DNA of 62,526 bases, counting the filler. It is 7 parts of 7 records of this genome, joined end to end, with 100 filler letters (N's around TTAATTAATTAA, not from the genome) between each part and the next. Parts side by side here need not be neighbours in the genome. Positions count along the whole stretch, not along the records: positions 39,293 to 52,183 come from SRR20825010_2844; 6 more parts are not named here. One strand, 5' to 3'. A program made the position numbers and the translations under genes. The notes under the pieces are model-generated. The model ran no database searches. It had not been told where the DNA came from and was given only the letters and a program-made list of their open reading frames with translations. Positions 40,227 through 49,798 of this stretch are shown piece by piece; the first letter of the stretch is position 1, and every line of letters starts with the position of its first letter.

Positions 40227-40979
40227 TTGAGATATTTCGTCCAATTTTCCTATCAGGGCAGGTCGTATCACGGTTGGCAAAAACAGCCCAATGCAATAAG
40301 CGTACAGGAGGTTTTGGAAAACGCCTTTTCCTTAATTTTACGGGAAACAGTGTCTTTGACGGGGGCAGGTAGAACGGATACAGGGGTCCATGCCAGGGAA
40401 ATGTTTGCCCATTTTGATTCTGATGCGCTTTTTGAGGAAACCGAATTGGTTCATCGCTTAAACGCTTATCTGCCAGACGATATAGCCATTGTTTCTATTT
40501 CTAAAGTTTCTGCGGACGCACACGCCCGCTTCAGTGCTACTGAGCGTACATACGAATATTGGATAGTGCAAAATAAGAATCCCTTTTTGGTAGATGGGGC
40601 CTTTTATGTGAAATATCCGTTAAATATAGAGCAGATGAACAAAGCTGCAGCTATTTTAGTGGAACATAAGGATTTTGAATGTTTTTCAAAGTCCAATACC
40701 GATGTAAAAACCTACCTATGCGATGTTAGAAAGGCACAATGGATTAAGGATGAAGAAAAGTTGGTTTTTTCCATAAGCGCAGATAGATTTTTGAGGAATA
40801 TGGTCCGTGCCATCGTTGGAACCCTATTGGATGTTGGTTTGGGCAAATCTTCCCATACGGACATGGAGTATGTTTTGGCCAGTAAGGATAGGGGCAAGGC
40901 TGGGGTATCGGTACCTGCAAAAGGATTATATTTGACAGCAATTAAATATCCTAATAATATTTTTGATCACAATGGATAA
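40227..40979 (+). CDS. truA: tRNA pseudouridine(38-40) synthase
   Basis: HGWQKQP, GAGRTDTGVHA, HARF and FLRNMVR. Confidence 0.95.
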   Translation: MRYFVQFSYQGRSYHGWQKQPNAISVQEVLENAFSLILRETVSLTGAGRTDTGVHAREMFAHFDSDALFEETELVHRLNAYLPDDIAIVSISKVSADAHARFSATERTYEYWIVQNKNPFLVDGAFYVKYPLNIEQMNKAAAILVEHKDFECFSKSNTDVKTYLCDVRKAQWIKDEEKLVFSISADRFLRNMVRAIVGTLLDVGLGKSSHTDMEYVLASKDRGKAGVSVPAKGLYLTAIKYPNNIFDHNG

Positions 40980-42738
40980 GGATACAGGAAAAGCATTTGA
41001 TTATAGATTGTTTAAGCGCTTGCTTAGGCATGTTAGGCCATATTTAATTACGTTTTATGGAGTCGCCATAGCAGCAATCCTACTCTCTGGGTTTGCAGTT
41101 TTAACGCCCATTTTGGTGGGGGAGATAGTTGACAATGCCATTACCAATAAGGATGGTCAAAAATTATTGACCTTGACCTTGGCCATGGTAGGGGTTTTGT
41201 TGGGCGAAGTTTTAAGTCAGCTTTATTTTAATTATTACGCTAATTGGTTGGGAGAATCCGTTATTAAGGATATTAGGATAAATCTCTTTAAACACCTTAT
41301 GGGTTTTAAGATGAAGTATTATGACAATTCCTCCATAGGCGTTTTGGTTACCCGTGCGGTTACGGATATGCAAAGGATAGGTGAAATTTTTAGTGAAGGT
41401 TTCTTTGTAATCGTTTCCGATCTCCTTAAAATGTTGGTGGTGGCTATAGTAATGATCGTTGCCAATTGGAAACTGTCTCTAATTGTATTTGCTGTATTGC
41501 CCATAATATTATACGCTACCAGACTGTTTCAAAAGGCAATGAAGGTTGCTTTTATTGAGGTTAGGGCGCAGGTTTCCAATCTAAATTCTTTTGTGCAGGA
41601 ACGTATCACCGGAATGAAGATAGTACAGCTGTTTACAAGGGAAGAGATAGAGAAGGAAAAATTCAGGGAAATTAATGAGAAACACCAAAATGCCTGGTTA
41701 AAAACTGTATGGTATAACTCCATTTTTTTTCCGGTAGCTGAAATCGTATCCTCTATTACGGTAGGATTGATTGTTTGGTACGGGGGTCTGCAGAATGTTG
41801 CCAATATAAGCCAAGAGGAATATGGCACCATTTTCATGTTCATACTACTCTCAAGCATGTTGTTCCGTCCGCTTCGTCAAATAGCGGATAAATTCAATAC
41901 CCTACAAATGGGCATGGTAGCCGCCAATAGGGTGTTTAAAATATTGGATACGGACAGCAATATTCAAGATGTAGGGACTATAGATAAAGACAGTGTCAAA
42001 GGGGAAATCGAGTTTAAAAATGTACGCTTCGGCTATTTGGAAAATGAGGAGGTACTGCATGGAATTTCCTTTAAGGTAAAGGCAGGAGAGACCATAGCCA
42101 TAGTAGGGGCAACGGGAGCCGGAAAATCTACCATAATTAATTTACTCAATCGTTTCTACGAAATTAATTCAGGTGCTATTTTGATCGATGGAATCAATAT
42201 AAGGGACTATAAGCTGAATTCTTTAAGGTCTAAAATTGCCGTGGTTTTGCAGGATGTATTTCTCTTTGCGGATACCATAGCCAATAATATTTCCCTAAAG
42301 AACGATGCCATAACCATAGAGCATATGGAGCATGCTGCCAAGCAAATAGGCGTCCATGAGTTTATTTCCAGTCTTCCCGGTGGTTATACCTACAATATAA
42401 AGGAAAGGGGTACCATGCTTTCCAGTGGTCAGAGACAATTGATAGCTTTTTTAAGGGCCTATGTAAGTAATCCCAGTATTTTGGTATTGGATGAGGCTAC
42501 ATCTTCGGTAGATACCTATTCCGAACAGTTGATACAACGTGCAACGGAAAAGATTACCGAAGGGCGCACTTCCATTATAATAGCCCATCGTTTGGCTACA
42601 ATTAAAAAGGCCGATAAGATATTGGTAATGCAGGACGGCTTGATAGTAGAGACCGGTACCCATAAAGAACTATTGAAACAAAAAGGGTATTATCAAAATT
42701 TATATGAGGCCCAATTTTTGGCAGAAGAGGTAGCCTAA
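40972..42738 (+). CDS. ABC exporter, fused permease/ATP-binding (MdlB/MsbA-like)
   Basis: N-terminal TM domain, GATGAGKST, LSSGQRQ, LVLDEATS and AHRL. Confidence 0.92.
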   Translation: MDKDTGKAFDYRLFKRLLRHVRPYLITFYGVAIAAILLSGFAVLTPILVGEIVDNAITNKDGQKLLTLTLAMVGVLLGEVLSQLYFNYYANWLGESVIKDIRINLFKHLMGFKMKYYDNSSIGVLVTRAVTDMQRIGEIFSEGFFVIVSDLLKMLVVAIVMIVANWKLSLIVFAVLPIILYATRLFQKAMKVAFIEVRAQVSNLNSFVQERITGMKIVQLFTREEIEKEKFREINEKHQNAWLKTVWYNSIFFPVAEIVSSITVGLIVWYGGLQNVANISQEEYGTIFMFILLSSMLFRPLRQIADKFNTLQMGMVAANRVFKILDTDSNIQDVGTIDKDSVKGEIEFKNVRFGYLENEEVLHGISFKVKAGETIAIVGATGAGKSTIINLLNRFYEINSGAILIDGINIRDYKLNSLRSKIAVVLQDVFLFADTIANNISLKNDAITIEHMEHAAKQIGVHEFISSLPGGYTYNIKERGTMLSSGQRQLIAFLRAYVSNPSILVLDEATSSVDTYSEQLIQRATEKITEGRTSIIIAHRLATIKKADKILVMQDGLIVETGTHKELLKQKGYYQNLYEAQFLAEEVA

Positions 42739-42760
42739 GGTTTCCCTTAAGCTTATGCAA

Positions 42761-43546
42761 TTAAAGCAGGTCCGATTTTATTAGGCTGGAGAACTCTTCC
42801 AAATCTTTGAACAATACAAATTCTCCATTTTTTATATAGGATATTAGCCCAGTTTCCTCACTTACAATGATGGCCAGGGCATCTGTTTTTTCTGTTATGC
42901 CTACCGCTGCCCTATGTCTAAGTCCAAACCGCAATGGTATGGAACGTTCATTGGAAACAGGAAGAATTACCCGGGTAGCCACAATAAAATTATCCTCAAT
43001 AACGGCCGCACCGTCATGTAAGGGGCTGTTCTTATAAAAAATACTTTCCAGAATGGGCTGGGTTATTTCAATATACATTTTATCTCCGGTCGACTTAACA
43101 AAGTCCAAAGAATTATTTCTGGCAATAATGATGAGGGCACCAGTTTTGGTACTTCCCATTTTTTCGCATGCTGCAACAATTGCATCTACATTGGTGCCTA
43201 TGGTAAGTCCGTCTTCCTTAAGAAATTTAAAGTGTTTTAGAAAGTTGCGTTTGGAGGCCAAATTGGTTGAGCCCACCATTAACAGAAATTTTCTGATCTC
43301 TTGTTGGAAAACAATGATAAGGGCAATTAGTCCCACTTGCATAAAACCACCGACCATGCTACTGATCATTTTCATGTCCAAAACTTCGGTCAACTTCCAA
43401 AAGGCCCAAACAATAACGATACCAATAAATATATTAATGGCTACCGTTCCACGGACTAATTGGTATACATAATACATGAGTACAGCCACCAAAAAGATGT
43501 CTATAATATCTGTAACACTAAAATCTAAGAAGTTTAAAAAATCCAA
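42761..43546 (-). CDS. cdaA: Diadenylate cyclase (CdaA/DacA)
   Basis: Three N-terminal TM helices, FQQEIR, HDGA and LRHRAA catalytic motifs, VSEETG. Confidence 0.9.
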   Translation of the reverse strand: MDFLNFLDFSVTDIIDIFLVAVLMYYVYQLVRGTVAINIFIGIVIVWAFWKLTEVLDMKMISSMVGGFMQVGLIALIIVFQQEIRKFLLMVGSTNLASKRNFLKHFKFLKEDGLTIGTNVDAIVAACEKMGSTKTGALIIIARNNSLDFVKSTGDKMYIEITQPILESIFYKNSPLHDGAAVIEDNFIVATRVILPVSNERSIPLRFGLRHRAAVGITEKTDALAIIVSEETGLISYIKNGEFVLFKDLEEFSSLIKSDLL

Positions 43547-43656
43547 TCCTGTGGTTTTTGTAAAAATAGGAAATAAGCTATAACCTCAAATTAAATTCGA
43601 AAAAATGTTTTGGCTCTTTTTTGAACAATTTTTAAATAGCTTAGCATGAAAATTGG

Positions 43657-44496
43657 TTACAAATGATCCACGGAACCGTTAATGGCATTAAACAATTGGA
43701 TACATTCCATAGCCTCCTTAACATCATGTACCCTTAATATTTGCGAACCTTTGATGAGCGCGTACATATGTAGGGCCGTACTGCCGTTTAAAGCATTTTT
43801 TGGATTGGTTTCCAGTAGTCTGTAAATCATGGATTTCCTACTGATACCGGTTAAAATTGGCAGGTCCATGGCGTGGAGCAGATTGAATTTTTTGAGAACT
43901 TCATAGTTCTGTTCCAAAGTTTTTGCGAATCCAAAACCGGGATCAATAATAATGTCGTTAATTCCGGCAGCCCTGGCCAAGGCTACTTTTTCCGAAAAAT
44001 AATATAGTATTTCTCCCAGAAGATTTTCGTAATTGGTCATGGCCTGCATAGTACTGGGAGTGCCTTTCATATGCATCATAATGTAAGGTGCCCTGTGCTT
44101 CCCTACTATTTCCATCATTTTTGGATCCAAATTGCCAGCGGAAATGTCGTTGATTATTGCCGCCCCAAGAGCCAGGCATTCATCGGCAACCCTACTTCTA
44201 AAGGTGTCTATGGATATAAGGACGTTTGGGAAGGTCTTCAGCAATAGTTTTACAATAGGGATAATTCGGGCCAATTCCTCACTTTCATCAACGTATTCGG
44301 CACCCGGTCTGGAGCTATATGCCCCTATATCTATAAAACTTGCCCCATTGGCCAACATAGTTTCTACCTGCGCAATAATCTCCGTTTCGTCTTTGTATTT
44401 GCCACCATCATAGAAGGAGTCGGGAGTTATATTGATTATCCCCATCACTTTGGGAGTACTTAGGTCCAATAAATTTCCTTTGCAGTTAATGGTCAT
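43657..44496 (-). CDS. folP: Dihydropteroate synthase
   Basis: MGIINITPDSFYDGG, SSRPGA, DPGFGFAK, SRKS and RVHDV. Confidence 0.96.
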   Translation of the reverse strand: MTINCKGNLLDLSTPKVMGIINITPDSFYDGGKYKDETEIIAQVETMLANGASFIDIGAYSSRPGAEYVDESEELARIIPIVKLLLKTFPNVLISIDTFRSRVADECLALGAAIINDISAGNLDPKMMEIVGKHRAPYIMMHMKGTPSTMQAMTNYENLLGEILYYFSEKVALARAAGINDIIIDPGFGFAKTLEQNYEVLKKFNLLHAMDLPILTGISRKSMIYRLLETNPKNALNGSTALHMYALIKGSQILRVHDVKEAMECIQLFNAINGSVDHL

Positions 44497-44604
44497 GTTT
44501 TTTATAAGATAAAGGGAAGTAAAACTTTTGGTAGTTAAGTTTAAATCTCGATTTTTGAATAGTTTAAAATTTTAAGCGAAATTTACACAAATTAGAAAGA
44601 TTAA

Positions 44605-45153
44605 ATGCATAATACTTCCGAGCAATACAATGCCGTCATTAAAATTTGTAGGGACCTTTTCCTGAAAAAGATGCAAGATTACGGTAGTGCATGGCGAATT
44701 TTAAGGCTTCCATCCCTTACAGATCAAATTTATATAAAGGCACAGCGCATTAGAAGTTTGCAGGAAAATGAAGTGCGCAAGGTGGATGAGGATGAGATTT
44801 CCGAGTTTATCGGAATTATTAATTATTCCATTATGGCCTTGATTCAAATCGAAAAAGGAATTGTTGACCAACCGGATCTTTCCGCTGAGGAAGCTGTGAC
44901 CTTGTTTGATAAGCACATTTCCATCACCAAGACCCTTATGGAAAATAAGAACCACGATTATGGCGAAGCCTGGCGTGAGATGAGGGTAAGTTCCCTTACA
45001 GATCTAATTTTGCAGAAGTTGCTGCGTGTTAAGCAAATTGAGGATAATAAAGGCAAAACTCTGGTCAGTGAAGGGATAGATGCCAACTATCAGGATATGA
45101 TCAACTATGCTGTATTTGCAATGATACATCTTGGAGAAAAAACAACATCTTAA
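44605..45153 (+). CDS. DUF1599 domain protein (two repeats)
   Basis: Duplicated K..DYG.AWR..SLTD motif. Confidence 0.85.
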   Translation: MHNTSEQYNAVIKICRDLFLKKMQDYGSAWRILRLPSLTDQIYIKAQRIRSLQENEVRKVDEDEISEFIGIINYSIMALIQIEKGIVDQPDLSAEEAVTLFDKHISITKTLMENKNHDYGEAWREMRVSSLTDLILQKLLRVKQIEDNKGKTLVSEGIDANYQDMINYAVFAMIHLGEKTTS

Positions 45154-45232
45154 TTCTATATTTTACTTAGGCCATTGAGGGCTTATAAGTTATGATATCA
45201 ATTAAATAATAAAAATCGGAATTGTATAGAAT

Positions 45233-46330
45233 ATGAAATATATAGTGACTTTGAGTCGTATTATTGTAGGCATTTTATTTATTATCAGCGGATTTATTAA
45301 ATTGAACGATCCCGTTGGGTTTTCCTTTAAGTTGGAAGAATATTTCAGTCCAGGAGTACTGGATTTGGATTTTTTGATGCCCTATGCATTGGGGATCTCT
45401 ATTTTTGTAGTAATCCTGGAGGTACTTCTGGGTATTATGTTATTAATAGGTTTTAGAGTTAGAATTACGGTCTGGAGCTTACTTTTGATGATCATTTTCT
45501 TTACATTTCTTACCTTTTATTCCGCATATTTTAATAAGGTTACCGATTGTGGCTGTTTTGGGGACGCCATAAAATTAACGCCTTGGGAATCCTTTACCAA
45601 GGATGTGGTTTTATTGGTGCTTATTGTTGTGCTCTTTCTGGGGGTAAAATATATTGGATCGCCCTTTGGTGATGGTTCCAAAAGACTTATTGTAGGGCTT
45701 AGTTTGTTGGTTAGTGCTATCTTTGCCTATTATGTGCTCAATCATTTACCGGCTTTGGATTTTAGACCTTATAAAATAGGTGCCAATATTGAGGAAGGCA
45801 TGAGCGTTCCGGAAGACGCTCCGGTTGCCATTTTTGATTACAGTTGGAAATTTAATGTAGATGGAGAGGAAAAGGTAGTGGTTACCAATGGCGATTATCC
45901 AGCTGTAGATGGGGAGTTTATTGGAGTGGAAACCAAGGAAATTCAAAAAGGATATGAACCTCCGATCCATGATTTCACCATTGAAATGGATGGCGAGGAT
46001 ATGGCTGCCTCCTTGCTACAGGAACCTAAATTGGTTATGGTGATAGCCTATGATATGGCAAAGAGCAATTATCGCGCTTTTGCTGAGATAAAGGAGGTAA
46101 CGGATAAAGCTATGAAGAACGGATATAAGGTTATAGGAATGTCCGCTTCAGGAAAGGATTATACCCAAAAATTGAAAAAGGAATATCAATTGGGTTTTGA
46201 TTTTTATTTCACTGATGAAACCACTTTAAAAACGATTGTACGCTCCAATCCTGGGGTTTTGGTTTTGGAAAAGGGTACCATTATTCAGAAAGTCCATTAC
46301 AATGATTTGGAGGATCTGAAGTTTGAATAA
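45233..46330 (+). CDS. DoxX/MauE-like membrane protein (BT_3928 family)
   Basis: SGFIKLNDP, DCGCFGD and IVRSNPG; usual neighbour of tpiA in Bacteroidota. Confidence 0.8.
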   Translation: MKYIVTLSRIIVGILFIISGFIKLNDPVGFSFKLEEYFSPGVLDLDFLMPYALGISIFVVILEVLLGIMLLIGFRVRITVWSLLLMIIFFTFLTFYSAYFNKVTDCGCFGDAIKLTPWESFTKDVVLLVLIVVLFLGVKYIGSPFGDGSKRLIVGLSLLVSAIFAYYVLNHLPALDFRPYKIGANIEEGMSVPEDAPVAIFDYSWKFNVDGEEKVVVTNGDYPAVDGEFIGVETKEIQKGYEPPIHDFTIEMDGEDMAASLLQEPKLVMVIAYDMAKSNYRAFAEIKEVTDKAMKNGYKVIGMSASGKDYTQKLKKEYQLGFDFYFTDETTLKTIVRSNPGVLVLEKGTIIQKVHYNDLEDLKFE

Positions 46331-46407
46331 ATCTGAGACAATGCCTCTAAAAATAAGTATATATTAGCCTTATTTATAATAAGAGAACAACATAAATTAG
46401 AATAAAA

Positions 46408-47160
46408 ATGAGAAGTAAAATAGTAGCAGGGAATTGGAAAATGAACAAGGATTTAGCAGAAACAGAAGTTTTGTTGGCAGAACTTTCAGCTAAACTTCCA
46501 GATACCAAGGCAGAAGTAATGGTGGCGCCTACATTTGTGAATTTGAGCGCCGCGGTAGATAAATTAAAATCATCCAGTATCGAGGTAATTGCCCAGAACA
46601 TGCATTTTGCTGAAAATGGCGCCTACACTGGTGAAATATCGGCCAATATGCTGTTAGGAATAGGGGTAGATACCGTAATTATAGGCCACTCGGAAAGAAG
46701 GGCATATTTTGGGGAAACCGATGAGATTTTGGCCAAGAAGGTAGTAGCTGCCTTGGCGAAAAATATGAGGGTAATGTTTTGCTTCGGAGAGGAATTGGAA
46801 GACCGTAAGTCTGGTAATCACTTCAAAATTGTGGAAAGCCAACTGAAAAATGCTTTATTTTCCTTGGATTCCTCGGCCTGGAGTAAAATTATCCTGGCCT
46901 ATGAGCCAGTTTGGGCCATTGGTACCGGAGAAACCGCTTCACCAGAACAGGCACAGGAAATGCACGCTTTTATTCGTAAGACCATTACCAATGCTTACGA
47001 TGCGGGTATAGCCAACAATGTCTCCATACTTTACGGCGGTAGTGTTAAACCAAATAATGCAGTAGAGATTTTCTCCAAGCCAGATGTAGATGGCGGTTTA
47101 ATAGGGGGTGCTTCATTGGTGGCGGACGACTTTATTGCGATAATTAAAGGAATAGCATAA
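46408..47160 (+). CDS. tpiA: Triosephosphate isomerase
   Basis: AGNWKMN, GHSERR, AYEPVWAIGTG and YGGSV. Confidence 0.97.
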   Translation: MRSKIVAGNWKMNKDLAETEVLLAELSAKLPDTKAEVMVAPTFVNLSAAVDKLKSSSIEVIAQNMHFAENGAYTGEISANMLLGIGVDTVIIGHSERRAYFGETDEILAKKVVAALAKNMRVMFCFGEELEDRKSGNHFKIVESQLKNALFSLDSSAWSKIILAYEPVWAIGTGETASPEQAQEMHAFIRKTITNAYDAGIANNVSILYGGSVKPNNAVEIFSKPDVDGGLIGGASLVADDFIAIIKGIA

Positions 47161-47243
47161 GAAGCCAAGGATAAATATTTGGATTCAAACCCGGTGATAG
47201 TTATTTATTTACAAGGTTTGGAGGCAAATAAAATGATATAAAA

Positions 47244-47272
47244 GGCCCGTTGGAGTACCAACGGGTTCTTTT
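47244..47272 (+). terminator. Intrinsic terminator downstream of tpiA
   Basis: CCCGTTGG-AGTA-CCAACGGG followed by TTCTTTT. Confidence 0.75.
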
Positions 47273-47308
47273 ACTGTAAAAGGGTGTCTAATAAAGGTTT
47301 TTAACGAA

Positions 47309-48145
47309 ATGTCGAATTCTATATATCTAGAGTATAATTTTAAGGTAACCCCCGTTCAACCCGCTTCGGATATTCTTATTGCGGAATTGGGAGAAGTGCA
47401 ATTTGAAAGTTTTGTGGAAACGGAAGATGGGGTCCAGGCATACATTAAAAAGGAAGAGTGGTACCCAAATATTCTGGATGACCTACAGATTCTTTCCAAC
47501 CCTTTGTTTAGTATTGATTATGATTTTTCGGAGATAGAACAGGAGAATTGGAACGCTACCTGGGAAAGTAATTTTAATCCGATTCAAGTTGGGGAACAGT
47601 GCGTCATTAGAGCACCCTTTCATGAAAAGCCCAAGGTGGAGTATGACATTGTTATAGAACCGAAGATGAGTTTCGGGACTGGCCATCATGAAACTACCCA
47701 CATGATGTTACAGCATATATTGGAACATAATTTTAAAGGGAAATCTGTTTTGGATATGGGAAGTGGAACTGGGGTTTTGGCTATTTTGGCGGCCATGAAA
47801 GGAGCGGCTGCCATAGATGCAATAGATATAGATAACTGGTGTTACCTTAATGCCATGGAAAATGTTGAGCGGAACAATTGCAACCATATTAATGTGTACG
47901 AAGGAACAGCCGACTTACTGGTAGATCAGCAATACGACATCATAATAGCCAATATAAATAGAAACATTTTGTTGGAAGATATCCCGACCTATGTGAAATG
48001 CCTAAAAAAGGGAGGTATATTATTTGTAAGTGGTTTTTATAATGAGGATATTTCGCAGATTTCGGAAAGATGTAAGGAAGTAGGGTTAAAATTTGAAAAA
48101 AATCTGGAAAAGAATAATTGGGTTGCCGTAAAATACGTATTTTAG
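47309..48145 (+). CDS. prmA: Ribosomal protein L11 methyltransferase
   Basis: PKMSFGTGHHETT, LDMGSGTGVL and ANIN. Confidence 0.94.
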   Translation: MSNSIYLEYNFKVTPVQPASDILIAELGEVQFESFVETEDGVQAYIKKEEWYPNILDDLQILSNPLFSIDYDFSEIEQENWNATWESNFNPIQVGEQCVIRAPFHEKPKVEYDIVIEPKMSFGTGHHETTHMMLQHILEHNFKGKSVLDMGSGTGVLAILAAMKGAAAIDAIDIDNWCYLNAMENVERNNCNHINVYEGTADLLVDQQYDIIIANINRNILLEDIPTYVKCLKKGGILFVSGFYNEDISQISERCKEVGLKFEKNLEKNNWVAVKYVF

Positions 48146-48166
48146 AAGGTATTAAAATTGAATTCT

Positions 48167-48442
48167 ATGAGTACAAAGGAAAAAGTCTCGGAAGAATTAC
48201 TTTTGGATGAGGAGACTGTAAAGCAAAATGAGATTGTTTTGTTCAATGATGAGGTTAATACTTTTGATCACGTTATTGAAACTTTAATAATGGCCTGCGA
48301 CCATACTCCTGAACAGGCGGAGCAATGTTCCCTTATTGTACATTACAATGGTAAATGTACGGTTAAGACTGGGGAGTACAACGATTTAAAGCCTAGGTGT
48401 AGTAAGCTTTTAAAAGCTGGGTTAAGTGCCGAGATCGTTTAA
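48167..48442 (+). CDS. clpS: ATP-dependent Clp protease adaptor
   Basis: LFNDEVNTFDHV..VHYNGK. Confidence 0.88.
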   Translation: MSTKEKVSEELLLDEETVKQNEIVLFNDEVNTFDHVIETLIMACDHTPEQAEQCSLIVHYNGKCTVKTGEYNDLKPRCSKLLKAGLSAEIV

Positions 48443-48599
48443 ACAGGAAATATAAACCAAAAAGCATTTCTTCTTTATTTTAACGAACCAACCCACTCTC
48501 TAATACAGGGAGCTGTTTGGCATAAGTGCGTAGTGCTATAAAATGTGTAGGGCTAAGCTAAAATAACCACCAGTATTTTGGTCTATATGGCTTATTATA

Positions 48600-49013
48600 T
48601 TAATGGGGCAATTTCTTCTGGAGTAGGCCGTAGGTAAAAGTGCCCAGTAGGGCAGCTGCAATTACAATAAACATACTAAAAACTCCTGTTCCCACTAAAA
48701 TGTACATAGGTCCAGGGCAAGCACCCGCCAAGGCCCATCCAAAGCCAAAGATGGTACCGCCAAGAATATATCTTGCTACCCCTTTATCCTTTGGAACCAG
48801 ATCTATCTCTTTGCCCTCAATACTTTTTACCTTATACTTCTTAAAGAGCCAAATAAATAGAACCCCTAGAAATACTGCAGACCCAATTATTCCGTACATA
48901 TGAAAGGCTTGAAACTTGAACATTTCATAGATGCGGTACCAGGATACTGCTTCTGATTTCACCAGCACTATCCCAAAGAAGATACCTACCAACAAGAATT
49001 TTAAAAATTTCAT
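48600..49013 (-). CDS. YeeE/YedE family sulfur-compound transporter half (short subunit)
   Basis: GGTIFGFGWALAGACPGP motif. Confidence 0.85.
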   Translation of the reverse strand: MKFLKFLLVGIFFGIVLVKSEAVSWYRIYEMFKFQAFHMYGIIGSAVFLGVLFIWLFKKYKVKSIEGKEIDLVPKDKGVARYILGGTIFGFGWALAGACPGPMYILVGTGVFSMFIVIAAALLGTFTYGLLQKKLPH

Positions 49014-49140
49014 TTTGTTTATTTTGTATATTTTTTACCGAAAATATTTTCTCCAGCCTTAAGTTTATTTGTTATTACAATAATTTATGAATCTTATGTT
49101 TGGCCTTGCATATTTATCGTGATCCAATTAAAATTTGTTT

Positions 49141-49704
49141 TTAAGATCCAAAAATTAAGGGTAGAATAAAAAAGGTCATTATAAGTCCACCTATAAAAAA
49201 ACCTATTACGGCAATTAGCGAGGGCAATTGAAGGTTGCTTAGACCAGTTATGGCATGACCTGAAGTACATCCACCGGCATATCTTGTTCCGAAGCCAACT
49301 AAAAAGCCCGCAATGACCAAGATTGAAATCCCTTTTAGGCTCAACACATTTTCCCAACTATAAATCTCTGGGGGTAGGAGGGTTTCCCCAACCTCATTAA
49401 ATCCCAATGCATTTAAGTCCGAAATGGTTTCGGCGCTTAAGGCAATTGCCGAACCATCCGATAAATATTGAGTAGCTATAAAGCCACCAAGAACCGCACC
49501 GAGAACAACGGTCAGATTCCAGCGTTGGGCTTTCCAATCGAACCGGAAATAGTCCGAATATTTTCCTGCGCCGCCTATGCTGCATAGTGTCTGTAAATTG
49601 GACGACATCCCGAAAGTTTTACCAAAAAACACCAAAATAAGCATTACCAGGGCAATCAGAGGCCCCGACACATACCATGGCCAGGGTTGAAGTATATATT
49701 CCAT
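49141..49704 (-). CDS. YeeE/YedE family sulfur-compound transporter half (long subunit)
   Basis: PWPWY, FGMSSN..C and GFGTRYAGGCTSGH. Confidence 0.88.
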   Translation of the reverse strand: MEYILQPWPWYVSGPLIALVMLILVFFGKTFGMSSNLQTLCSIGGAGKYSDYFRFDWKAQRWNLTVVLGAVLGGFIATQYLSDGSAIALSAETISDLNALGFNEVGETLLPPEIYSWENVLSLKGISILVIAGFLVGFGTRYAGGCTSGHAITGLSNLQLPSLIAVIGFFIGGLIMTFFILPLIFGS

Positions 49705-49720
49705 ATAATTTATTAAGATG

Positions 49721-49766
49721 CAAATATAAAGCTATCTAAAATTCTCTGTGTAACAATTGTTACACA
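49721..49766 (-). promoter_or_regulatory. Promoter (-7 TATATTTG at 49721-49728) with a perfect 20-bp palindromic operator (49747-49766)
   Basis: TGTGTAACAATTGTTACACA is its own reverse complement. Confidence 0.7.
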
Positions 49767-49798
49767 AGCGATTTTGGAGCTTGCATTGTCAATTGTTT

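Noticed and set aside
49094..49357. 87-aa ORF suggesting a frameshifted fusion of the two YeeE halves
   Set aside because: Both halves have their own start and stop, and two-gene YeeE/YedE pairs are normal; this ORF is an overlapping off-frame artefact.
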